A DNA stretch of 64,000 nt from an uncultured virus (IMG/VR IMGVR_UViG_3300010347_003641) (lineage: Duplodnaviria; Heunggongvirae; Uroviricota; Caudoviricetes), in IMG/VR virus record IMGVR_UViG_3300010347_003641; one strand, written 5' to 3'. Under the pieces are notes generated by a model that ran no database searches, was not told where the DNA came from, and saw only the letters and a list, made by a program, of their open reading frames with translations. Both the position numbers and the translations under genes were made by a program. Positions 1 to 11,100 of this stretch are shown piece after piece (the first letter of the stretch is position 1; each line of letters opens with the position of its first letter).

Positions 1-2
1 GT

Positions 3-3000
3 CGCAGCCTGAAAAGCGAAATAAAAAGCTACGCAAAGAACTTCATTAAATTCATGCGGGACGTTGAGTACGAGACGAAGGCCGACGAGTACAAAAGTCT
101 TAGATTGTATTCTCAAAAAGAAATAGACAGAAAGTCGAAGGGCGTGTTCGACGCCATGATCGACTCCGACGCGAAACTGAAAGACGACGTGAGGAAGATC
201 CTGACCGACAGGACCTCCAAACCGGAAGACAGGGCAAAGGCCATAAAGGAACTGGCCAAAACCATCTCGCTGGAAGGCACGTTCGACAAGAAGGGTGAAG
301 ACCGTATCGAAACGGGTCTGAAGAAAGCCTCCGCTTACTTGAAGAGAATGGAGACGTTAGAAAAGGGCAAGGGCATCGTGCCTGACGCAAAGAGGCAGGC
401 AGCACAGGCCTACAACGTATTCAATATGGTTTTCGGTACAGCGCTTTCGGTGAAAACAGACGCGAAGGGAGAGTTCTTGAAAGCCACAACGCCCGAAGAG
501 AGAATGAAGGTGATCTCAAAATCCTTCGGCGAGACCTCGGCGAAACTGTACGCAAAAGCCGCCAAAGAATACACAGGCAGGGTAAGCGTGGTGATGGAAA
601 GAATAGCACAGAGCGGCGGCCACCTGGTCGATGGGAAGGGACTCAGCACAACGGAAATTGCGCAGGGCGTCATAGACGTACTGACAAGACGCGCGCTGGG
701 CAATTTCAACCCTGCCCGCGAAAGAAAAGCCGGTCAGAGTTACGACCCTGTCGTAGAGAACGCGCACGCGCTCCTCAACAAATACGCAAAAGAATTGAAC
801 GTTGAAAAGCTGTACACGCAAACGCTCATAGAGGCGTACGGGAAAAAAGCAGAGGGAAAGGCGCAGATGAGCGAAGCACAAATCCGCGAGGCCGCTGCCA
901 AAGAACTCAAAAGCTCAATCGAAGAAGTCGATTCCACGGCCAAGGCGTCGGACCTTCTTAAGTTCTGGTTCTCCGCGGCAAAAGCCGAAGACGTAGATCC
1001 AAACGCTTCGCATCTGACGAGAAGGTTGCTAGGCGCCGCGCAATCGGGAAACGAGGACGTGGTTTCTGAATTCGACTCGCTCATAGACGGCGTCGTGTTG
1101 AGGGAAATGGCGTCTGCGGCTAAGAAGCAAATGGAAAACGTGTCTTCGCTCTCTCTCATAGATATGTCCGGGCGCAACATGTTCGATATAGTGCTGAGTG
1201 CGTCGGAAAGGGGCGACGATGTAGGCAACGCATACGAAGAAATGCCAGGCCCTGTACTCGAATACGCAAGACAGTGGCGTTCGATCCAGATGAGTCTCGG
1301 CGAATTCTCAAACAAAGAACTTGAAGAGGACAAAAAGTTCCTCGGATACATCTCCGACAAATACGGAAAGTCTATGATCGACGCAATCGCAGGGAAAACC
1401 GACGACGAAGAGATGTTCGTGAAAACTTTTCTCGAAGAGTTGCAGGGTTCCAAGGAATTCGCAGGTCTTTACAGGGCTTTTTCCTCCAAGGAGTTCAACG
1501 AAGAAGGGATAGGAGCAGTCTCGGATTTCCTGTTGCAACATTCCGATTCGATCGACGAAATTGGCTCTGTTATAGCCAGCGACATAAGGGAAGGGCTTTC
1601 GAACAGCTTCCTAGATCCGGAGATATTGAAGAGTGCAGAGACCAGAGAGAAACTCGTCGGTGCCGTGTCGCAGGTTATAAGGGACAGGTACTCGCAGGCG
1701 TACGTAGATATGGGCAGAAGCTCGATAGAGTGGACCTCAATAACGCCGGTCGAGATCTCGGAAGTCGCGAAAACAAAAGATTTTCTCGTGGAAGACAGCG
1801 TCCTCGACTCAGTGCTGGGAACATTGACCGACCGCTCGAATAGAGAATTCATAGATTCCTCTTCCACTAAGTTCACAACAGGGACTGACGTAGAAAAGCT
1901 TGCGCGAGTGTTCGCTGGATTCTCGGGCGAGTACAGCGACGCGATGGGCATAGAACACGACGCAGAAAGATCGGCCGAATACATTGCCGAAAGGATCGCG
2001 AACATCTCAGAACGCCATTACGACTATGGGTTCGAAACGCCGGAGGAATTTCTTGCGTTCATGGGTGGATACGGCAAATACGAAGAAATACTCGACCAGG
2101 GCAGCGACAATTTCGAAAATTACTCGGCACTGCCGATACTCGAACTCACAGCCGGCCGTAATGACGACTTCAAGCTTTCGGCAACCTCAATGGATCTGCT
2201 CCAGGGGAAGGAATCGGATGTGGTTGAATACGACAGATCGACCGGTTATATTCCACCGAAAAAACCCAGAGAATACGAATCGCCGACAAGGCATCTCGAA
2301 GTTGAACCGGGAATGTTCGAACCGCATAGGGAATATGAAGCACTCAACGACACGGTGATCGAGAACGTGAAAAAGAGAACCGCCGAAGAACTTCGCAGAG
2401 ACCGCGAGAGCGTTCGCCTGCTGGAACGCGCCGGCCTTGATTCGAAAATAGTTATGGATATAGGCGAGGCCAGAACGATCGAACCGTCTTCCGGCGTTCG
2501 CTCGGCAATGTCTTCAGTCCCGAGAGATATACTCAACGCGCTCAAGATCAATTTCACAGAAAAGAGATCGTCCGACACCGACGCGATGGGAACCTCATCG
2601 GAGAAGTACAGGAAATACATGGCCGACGCACTCGACGCTATAACATACGTGTTTCAGAGCGAACTCGGAGCCGAGGCGTCGGACCTCGAGATCGCACGCG
2701 CAATGTCCACGAAGGAAAACTACACCGAGAGTATCGTAGAGCGCATAATAAACACAGCAAATATGTTCTTCGCGAACACTTCAGACGGATCTATCACGAA
2801 CGCAGAAATCGCCAGCGGCAAGGAAGCACGCTCTGTAATCGCTTCTCTGGACAGCACAAGAGTGTCCGCAGAATTCCTTCCAGACGTCGAAGAGGCCGCG
2901 ACAACCGGAGAGGTTCAGGTGAAGATCTTCAGGGGCGAGAACATCGAATCTATCATTTCCATAAGGTCGAACGCGGAGATGTCTAGGGAGATCATAGATA

Positions 3001-5120
3001 GAATGTCGGAACTGAACGAAAAATTCAACGACCTCGATTACAACGCGGCTATTGCCAAGATAGAGCTTCTTCAACAGGCCGGTATCCTGAAAGAATCGCC
3101 GATAGCTAGCGGAAGCGCTATGGATATCTTCGACAAGATGTACAGGTTGCGAAACGTCATGTTCTCTGACGAAGATATCAAGGACGACCTTTTGCTACTC
3201 GACTCGCTTGCCGAAGAATACGAGAAAGAAGATTTCCTCGACAGTGAAACCGAACGGTTGCCCGACGACGAAATAGAAGCGCAGGAGTATTCGCGCTCAG
3301 AGAAGTACGCCGACGATATCGACGTCCACAAAGAGGCGCTGGCAGAACTGGAAGAGAGCGAAATAGAGGAGCCGGACAGCACCGGAATGTATTCGAAGGA
3401 GATAGGAAAAATATACGGCCCGGAACACACGACGTTCGGTCAGGCGAGGCCATTCCAGGAGTACAAGAGGAATATACAGCTCAGATCTCTTTATACTCCG
3501 GGGGCAAACGTCGTCATAGCGGGAGAAAAAGGCGACGAAGCGTACACCGTCGTGGAACCGGTATTCGGCCTTCCCGTACTCGAAGACAGGACCGGCCAGC
3601 GGTACGTCGCCGGTATCGGAGAGAACGGCGTAGAGGCCTTGTCCTTGAGCATGAGGACCGTGTTGAGGCAGTTGCTTCCAAATTCCGGGCAGTACGCCAA
3701 CGAAACGCAGAGCGTCCCGTCCAAGTTGATCGACGCTATACACACGGCAACAGCGGACTATTTCGACGAATACATACAGGAGCAGCGCAGGCTCGGCGCA
3801 AGAGAAGTAGTCAAGATGGTCGTAAGGTCCAGGCCAAGAACCGCCGAAGAGAGCACAGAGCGCCTGATCCTTGAAAAGACAGAGCAGTTGGCCGAGATGT
3901 CTTCGATGATAAACGCCATAGATCTCGGCGGTGTGGATTCCGGCGTCAACTTCATAGACGTCGAAGGGAACATGGGCAAGGCCCGCAAGTCGGTCTTAAT
4001 CGAAGAACTCTCCGATAGCAAAGGCAGGTTTTTCGATGAGTTGAACAGGCTCAAAAGCTCGAGAGGCACGATCGAACTTGTCGAAGAGACCGCTTTTGAG
4101 AAGACGATAGAGTTCCCCGAGGCAAAACGCCTCCCGCCGGAACGTCTGCTCGCGGCTATGGACATAATATCCGAAGCCTTCGAACGGATAGATCCTTCCG
4201 AGATAATCGAAGGCAGGAAAGGCTCGCAAGCGATAGCTGAGGCTATTGTGGATATCCATAACACCGCGCAGAAGCTCGAGGCCGTTTCTAAGGAAATAAC
4301 GGAAATGGTGGATCTCTTCGACGAGAAAACAGTCGAGAACTTGAGCGAAGGTGCCAGAGCCTTAGTCCAATCCATGACTCAAGCCGCAAAGCGGCAAACG
4401 CAAGCCGCTCAATACATAAGTCAGGGTGCAACCGACGCGGCCGAGATACTCAATTCGATAGGCGACAACATAAGAGAATTCTTCGACGATATGAAGAACG
4501 GCGAATACACGGAGGCCGCTTACGTCAATTTCCTAAAAATGCTATCTGACACTTACTCCGTCTTCTACTCTTCGTACGGGCAGACGCAGGACGTGAGAAT
4601 AGGTTCGGCTGAGCATATAGAGCGAGGACTCGAAGGGATAAAGAACACGCTAAGTCAGTTCGTCAGAGACGGCAAGGTCAACGTCGAAGCGATCGAAAAT
4701 ATCCAGAAAATCGTCGATGCGGTTAACAAGCAGGCCGACGAAGCGGTCGGGAAACAGGTGGAAGAAAAGCCAGTTACCAATGTCATCGAAGACTTCAAGA
4801 GGATCTTCAAGAGCGAATTTCTCAACAGCGGAGAGAAAAAGACGCTGAAAACAGCCGGCCTGATCGGCGGCGGTATCCTCGCGGCCGCTTTGACGATCGG
4901 AGCCATATCGAGAGCCAATCTCAACAAGGAAAGAGAAAGGGCCGAAATGAACGCAGCTTCTCAAGTCATGCCGGCCAACAGGATAAACCAGTTCGTACCG
5001 ACCTCCCCGGACGTTTCGATGTACATGAATTCGAATTACGGACTCGATTCCTCGGCCATAGCCTCTGTCGCGCTATCACGTACCGGGCAGAATTCCAAAG
5101 TTTCCATAATAGGCAGGTAA
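3..5120 (+). CDS. Probable tape measure / large helical virion protein, 5'-truncated
   Basis: Frame is open from position 3 (RSLKSEIKSYAKNFIKFM), so the gene begins upstream of the window. At least 1700 aa, Ala/Glu/Lys-rich and helical, with a hydrophobic segment near the C-terminus (AGLIGGGILAAALTIGAI). Lies directly before hub and baseplate genes. Confidence 0.55.
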   Translation, partial: RSLKSEIKSYAKNFIKFMRDVEYETKADEYKSLRLYSQKEIDRKSKGVFDAMIDSDAKLKDDVRKILTDRTSKPEDRAKAIKELAKTISLEGTFDKKGEDRIETGLKKASAYLKRMETLEKGKGIVPDAKRQAAQAYNVFNMVFGTALSVKTDAKGEFLKATTPEERMKVISKSFGETSAKLYAKAAKEYTGRVSVVMERIAQSGGHLVDGKGLSTTEIAQGVIDVLTRRALGNFNPARERKAGQSYDPVVENAHALLNKYAKELNVEKLYTQTLIEAYGKKAEGKAQMSEAQIREAAAKELKSSIEEVDSTAKASDLLKFWFSAAKAEDVDPNASHLTRRLLGAAQSGNEDVVSEFDSLIDGVVLREMASAAKKQMENVSSLSLIDMSGRNMFDIVLSASERGDDVGNAYEEMPGPVLEYARQWRSIQMSLGEFSNKELEEDKKFLGYISDKYGKSMIDAIAGKTDDEEMFVKTFLEELQGSKEFAGLYRAFSSKEFNEEGIGAVSDFLLQHSDSIDEIGSVIASDIREGLSNSFLDPEILKSAETREKLVGAVSQVIRDRYSQAYVDMGRSSIEWTSITPVEISEVAKTKDFLVEDSVLDSVLGTLTDRSNREFIDSSSTKFTTGTDVEKLARVFAGFSGEYSDAMGIEHDAERSAEYIAERIANISERHYDYGFETPEEFLAFMGGYGKYEEILDQGSDNFENYSALPILELTAGRNDDFKLSATSMDLLQGKESDVVEYDRSTGYIPPKKPREYESPTRHLEVEPGMFEPHREYEALNDTVIENVKKRTAEELRRDRESVRLLERAGLDSKIVMDIGEARTIEPSSGVRSAMSSVPRDILNALKINFTEKRSSDTDAMGTSSEKYRKYMADALDAITYVFQSELGAEASDLEIARAMSTKENYTESIVERIINTANMFFANTSDGSITNAEIASGKEARSVIASLDSTRVSAEFLPDVEEAATTGEVQVKIFRGENIESIISIRSNAEMSREIIDRMSELNEKFNDLDYNAAIAKIELLQQAGILKESPIASGSAMDIFDKMYRLRNVMFSDEDIKDDLLLLDSLAEEYEKEDFLDSETERLPDDEIEAQEYSRSEKYADDIDVHKEALAELEESEIEEPDSTGMYSKEIGKIYGPEHTTFGQARPFQEYKRNIQLRSLYTPGANVVIAGEKGDEAYTVVEPVFGLPVLEDRTGQRYVAGIGENGVEALSLSMRTVLRQLLPNSGQYANETQSVPSKLIDAIHTATADYFDEYIQEQRRLGAREVVKMVVRSRPRTAEESTERLILEKTEQLAEMSSMINAIDLGGVDSGVNFIDVEGNMGKARKSVLIEELSDSKGRFFDELNRLKSSRGTIELVEETAFEKTIEFPEAKRLPPERLLAAMDIISEAFERIDPSEIIEGRKGSQAIAEAIVDIHNTAQKLEAVSKEITEMVDLFDEKTVENLSEGARALVQSMTQAAKRQTQAAQYISQGATDAAEILNSIGDNIREFFDDMKNGEYTEAAYVNFLKMLSDTYSVFYSSYGQTQDVRIGSAEHIERGLEGIKNTLSQFVRDGKVNVEAIENIQKIVDAVNKQADEAVGKQVEEKPVTNVIEDFKRIFKSEFLNSGEKKTLKTAGLIGGGILAAALTIGAISRANLNKERERAEMNAASQVMPANRINQFVPTSPDVSMYMNSNYGLDSSAIASVALSRTGQNSKVSIIGR

Positions 5121-5131
5121 CGGGCCTCCAA

Positions 5132-5143
5132 GTTATTCCTTTC
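5132..5143 (+). promoter_or_regulatory. Putative phage late-promoter motif, copy 1 (GTTATTCCTTTC)
   Basis: Intergenic, preceded by CAA; same core recurs upstream of four other genes. Confidence 0.6.
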
Positions 5144-5164
5144 TTGCGAAGGGAGTTGGATCGG

Positions 5165-8100
5165 TTGATAAATTTCTGGAATGTTAACTACGAGAAGCAG
5201 AATACGCCATATGACTTCAAGACATACAGGAAGAGTATAGAAGCTTTCCCGAAAGACGAGAGATGGGCCGAAAACGAAAACGGCATATACGTCGAAGGTC
5301 TTCCGACCGATGAATCGTACGACACGACGGGGCATTATGAAGCTGTAAACATGATCGACCAATGGGCTTATGACCCATCTGTTATTAAACTGGTAGATCT
5401 CTATCTCGACCAGCAGATGGAAGCTGCGATAGTCAATCCGGTTTACGTTGATTCGACCGGCGTCTTACGCGACTTCCTGAAGGAAGCCGATCCGCGTTGC
5501 TGCGATATGTGGGCATCGGTCGCTTCGTTCTTCCCAAAATACATTCACTTCAACATAGCCGATACCGACGGCGACGCAAAATCGTATTTCGACCACAGGC
5601 TCATAATACTTCCTACCCAGGCCCACGGCCTAAACGACAAGGAATTGCTTAAAATAGGAGTCGTCGGAACTCCGGACGGAAAGGCCGGCGAACTCGTGCA
5701 GTCGCTCATCGAAGACGAGAACTCGGAGCTCATGTTCCATCTCAATCCTTATCCGGCGAAGGCAGAGCTCTTAGGCACCAACGGTCTCACTCCGGTCAAA
5801 CTGAATATCAACGGCGCCGAAGTCTGGTACTTCTCGGAATATTTCGATATGTACAACGCGACAGGCAAGGAAGACGCACTGGTTGTCGGCATCGTAGATG
5901 GCGATACGATAAGTGTAGATCGCGCCGCAACAGACAATGTGATCGACAAGGTAAGACTCCTCGGCCTCGACGCTCCCGAGATCGTAGATCCAAATTCGCC
6001 GCCCGCGTTTTTCGGGCCGGAAGCCGCCGCCTTCGCCAAAACAGTTCTCGACGGTTGCGAAATAAAACTCTCGTACGACCGTACTGTAAAAGACGACAAG
6101 GGCCGCCTCCTGTGCTATGCGTGGTTGCCTGTGCAGTACGAAGGCCAGACGAAGCATGTTCTTTTCAACCTGCTCTCCGTACTCAACGGATATGGCACGT
6201 CGTGTAGCGATTTTGACATAGAAAAGAATTCTCTGTTCATGTTCCAAGACGCACAGATGTTCGCAGAAGACAACGAGTTCGGCCTTTGGGAGAGTGAAAA
6301 ACTCGGCACCGATTACAACTTCATGATTAAACTGCGCGGCAAGCGAAACAAGCACACACTTTCCCCGGGCGGCTCGGCCGCGAAGTTACTGTGCGACTGC
6401 TTCGATCATATCGACGTTGTCCCGTCGGCGTTTTCGTACGCGATGTATTTTTTATTCCCCTACGTCGCTTATCAGCAAGGCTTGAACGAACTCAAAAACC
6501 AGGCCGACTTCCACAATTACGCGCAAACCGTAGCGGCGAAGTTCCCTTCGACGGTGATAATCGAGTTGAACGCGCAGATCGTTCAGGAATTGGGCGAAGA
6601 TGCGGTCGCCGGAATCATTAACTCAAGGATCAGACCGTTTTTGGAAAGCGGTTATACCTTTCAGCCAAACGTGCAGGATCATATACCGGAATTCATTTTC
6701 GGGCTCCCCGACGTCTCTGAAGGCATCAAGATATTCAACAAGATACTTCTCGGCGAGAAACCGCCGACTCCGCCGACTCCTCCGGAAGAGGAAGAAGAGC
6801 CCGAACCGCCGGCCGTTAGCGACCCTGTTATTGAAGAGCCGAAAGTCGTTCTTGACACTCCGGTGCTGCCTCCGATTGCAATAGAAGCGCCGGAGGAACC
6901 CGAGGACAAGCTCGAAGAGATAAAGATACCGGAGGTTCCCTCCGAGCCGACGCCTGAGCCAGTAGAGACAGTAACTCCCGTTCCTTCTCAAGAGGAGATA
7001 GAAAAGAAAATACTTATAGATTGGGCCAAAGAATTAGACGACGAACATAGGGTCGGAAAGGTAGAACCGAGGAATGTGTATGCGCCTGACGATATAGAGC
7101 TCGATCAGGAATACAGTCCGACTCCAGGTCAAAAACCGTACACGAGCATTCAGCAAGCTATTTACAGCAAACCAGACGATCCGGCGCAAATAGCAAACAC
7201 TCTGGGCAATGCCAAGCAACTCAAGCAGACTGAAGTCGCTTTCGTCCCTACGGCCGTCAAGACCTTCATGAAAGACGACATAACCATAATAGGAACGGTC
7301 GGACTGATCGGAGGTCCAACTTCCATATCTGTTACAACCATTCCTAAAGTCGTCGATATGAATTCGACGGTTGTAGGCATAGATTCCAGAGATTACGGGT
7401 ACGCAGAAAACGTAATGACCATTAGCGCGATATTCAGCGAAGACGGAGTGGAACGGCAATTCGTGAACGTAGCAGGCAGCGTGATACCGGCAAACATGGC
7501 CGCGCTGATCGCAATGTTCGACTTAACTCCGTACGTGCCTATTTATTCAAAGGATATATACAAGCTCGTACCCTCCGAGGTTGCTCCCTTCTCGCAGTCG
7601 AAAGACGTCATATACGGAGCCTTGAAGTCGATCTCCGTGAAGAACATGAGCGCCTTCGTTGACACTTACCAGGTTGACATGGAGTTCCTTCTCACCCCGC
7701 TGGAACTGGTGATGAACGGGCCTGTGATGTACGTCGATATCGTCTCGAACGGCTCGACGGCGGTCAACATACCGAAGAGCTTCTTGTACGAATCAAAGGA
7801 ATTCGTGAACAGGGTCCTGAAGAGGCAACTTGAAAAGTCGGCCGTAAGCAGTTTCCTCTTCGACCAGAAGTTGCGCGGCTACGAATTGTCGATGTCGCTC
7901 GACGCGGCCGATATGATAGACGCAGTAGTAACCGCCTTCAGGCAGACGAAAGACAGTCTCCAGGACTGGTACCAGAACAGGGAAAACACCATAGAGGAAC
8001 AGGCGGGATACGTAAACCTCCTGTACTCGCTCGAAGGGATCGCGCAGGCGCTAAACGACGAACTGGAAGGCATACGCGCCGAGAGCGACGAGATGTGGCA

Positions 8101-11100
8101 AATGGGAATACAGATGGAGTCCGAAGTCAAGGGCGTAACTGTTCCGAGCGAAGACGGCGAAGGACTCACTCCGAAGCAGATACCTGCGCCGGCCATATAC
8201 TTCCAGAACATAGACTCGCTGGTCGTCGGGTACGACAACATCTTCGCGCCGCTCACTATACAGAACGCCACTCTTCCGATTTACCAGCTAATAACGAGGA
8301 CTCCGGTCTTTGCCACCGTCGATCTGGTAGCTACGAATCCCGACTCTGTAAACGCCGTGTCCGCCTTTATGAAAGCCTTCCAGAAAATAATGAAGTCGAA
8401 TGCAGAAATATTCAACGGCGCCATTCCTATAAGCGTTAACAATCCGCTTCTAACTGTCTTCGGAGCTGACAAGTTCAACATACGAAAATTCGACGTGGCG
8501 AACGCCGACGAAATGCCGAACGTTTTCAGGGCGCAGTTGAACATAAGCGAAAACACTTCCAGAAAGGTTTTGCAAAACACGAGAATAGAAACCACCGAAG
8601 GAATAGTCAAAGAGTACATCAACGCTATACTCGAGACGTACTACTCAGCTAAAGACAGCGCAGGACTCTACTGGACTTCGTTCGACCCGGAGTTTCATCT
8701 CCTTGCCGACATAGTGCCGATATTCAACAGGGGCAGCATCAACACAGCGATAGCCTCGGCACTTTGTTCTTCCGCGATAGGAATGAACATATTCCTTCTC
8801 CTCCTTGCGGCGTCCAAGTCCGTGTACGACAGGCAGAAGGATCTCGGCGGTGTCGGCGATTTCTACGTTCGCGTGAGCGGTTTCAAGATAAAGAAAAACG
8901 GGTATGTCGAATACGAGCCTATACCTGGATACAGAACAGTCAACGATTACGAAGACATAGACAACGTCTTCGGCCTGCTCATGGGCAACAGCAACACGTC
9001 GGATCTTATACGAAAGGCCTTCGGCGAAGAGCGCGCTTTCGCAAGATTAGAAGCACTGTTCGTCTCCAGAGCCGAAACGTTGCTCGGGTACATTAAGCCC
9101 GGCGACGAGGAAATCGACGGCAGAATGATCGAGTACATTATCAGTCAGTTGTATTACAACATAAGCAGCGGCGCTTGCGAGGACCTGCTCGCCGGCTCCG
9201 TCATTGACGGCTTCGTGTTCCACGCACTGTCGTCTATAAGAGACGAGCTCAAGAACGGGAACCGCGAGATACTGACCGACGTGTTTTCCAACTACATGGC
9301 ACTGGTGAGCAACATAGACGCAACGAAGCTGTCGATTCTCACCGCATACACGTACGCCGGAAAAAACGATATAACCGGCGAGAAGATCCCGATGAGCCTT
9401 TCTTCGGCTTACATAATGATCGCCGACGAGATAACTTCCTTCACGGCGGAAGACTCGAACATAAAGAGCGGCGACCTTCTCGAGACACTGTACAACGAAA
9501 AGATCAAGTCAAAGCTCACCGTACACCACAACTGCCTCGAAGCGCCTTTGTCCGAGATATTCTGGACCAACTCGGTGCCTTTGAAGGGCGACATAATATC
9601 GAGCGTAACAAACAACGTCGCAGACCCTATAACCAAAGAGATAAGTGAGGGGCTCAACAAGCTGTACGCCTACGGCTCTGCCGACTCTTACGTCGCATCG
9701 AATGTCATGAAGAAAGTTGCCGCAAACGAGCTAAAGAGAATAGCCGAAAGCATTCCGAGCCGGATAGTGTCGATGGTAACGTCCGCGAACGCGCCGATAC
9801 AGTTGACCGACCAGAGTAAAATATGGACTCTTCAGAACATAGAGATAACCGGCAACGACAAATCGAGCAGCATCTACGCCAAATACGCGGACAACCTTGT
9901 CGAGAAAAATTTCGGCAAACGCGTAGAGAGCATAATGAACGAAGCGATCGACAAGATCGAGAACAGCGTAGCCGGCGACACCGACATGAAACTCACAATA
10001 ACAAATTCCGATTTCGTCACGCAGATAGCAAACGCCTTCTCGAACCTATCGCAGGAATTGTCTATGTACGAATTGGGAGCGGACCTCCTCATTCCAACTA
10101 TCAACGTCGTCTTCTCACCTTCCGTCGAAGGCGGCTTCCTCGAATTCGCAAACTTGACTCAGGCCATGGTGAACACGATAATAGGCTTCGAAGTGGTACA
10201 CGATATGGATTCTCCGGCCTCCACGTGTGTTATAAAGTTCATCGCCAGTTCGGATCGCACGAGGGACGACGGCTCTATCACGCTGAAATCGGAACTCGCG
10301 AAGATAATAATAGGCGCCGGAACCAACGTGTCGCTTTACGTGAAGTACGGCAACACGTCGAACATGACCTCTCTCGTGTTCCAAGGAAGAGTAACAAATA
10401 TGCAGACCGACGACGCGATAACGATAATCGCCGAGTCGTTCGGCGCAGACTTGCTAAAACCTATTTTCAAATCAGACAAGAGGATAGGTGGCCTCTTCTG
10501 CAATCCGCGCGATATGGTAGTAGATGCCCTAGTGCGCACGGAGAGCCCGTCGCTCGGAATGAAAAGCAACTTCCTGCAGACCATGGCCAAGCTGTTCTCG
10601 CAGAAAATATACGGCGACGATTCGGTCCGAGAAATGAAAGCATATTCCGACAAGCTCTTCTTCGCCGAATACAGGGCCTTGCACGGGCTTATAAACGTTT
10701 ACTTTCCGTACAAGTATTGGGGCCTCAACGTCGGCAAAAAGCTCTTCATGAGCGGTCAGTACGATGCGATGCAGCACATGTCTTACGGCGAGAGCTACTT
10801 CCACGCATACCACGCGAAGGCCGGTTCCTGCGCCTGGGACGTTGTGAAAGACGCGCTCAACAGGGTACCGGGATATGTAGCATATCCGGTCAATTACGGG
10901 ATAGGCCGGCAGACGCTCTTCTTCGGGAAACCGGAATACAGGTACAAGTACCTCCCCGGCACCGTAGGCTCGAACAACAAAACGTTAATACAGCAAGCTA
11001 TCCAGTCTGAAGCCGGACAGCTCATAAACTCGGCTGTGTCCTTCTATTCGTCGATAATCGCTAAGACCGATGCGCTGCTAGACGAGTACCACAGGGGACT

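Noticed and set aside
9521..9535. VHHNC as an intein C-terminal splice junction
   Set aside because: No block F upstream and no recognisable intein N-terminal block.
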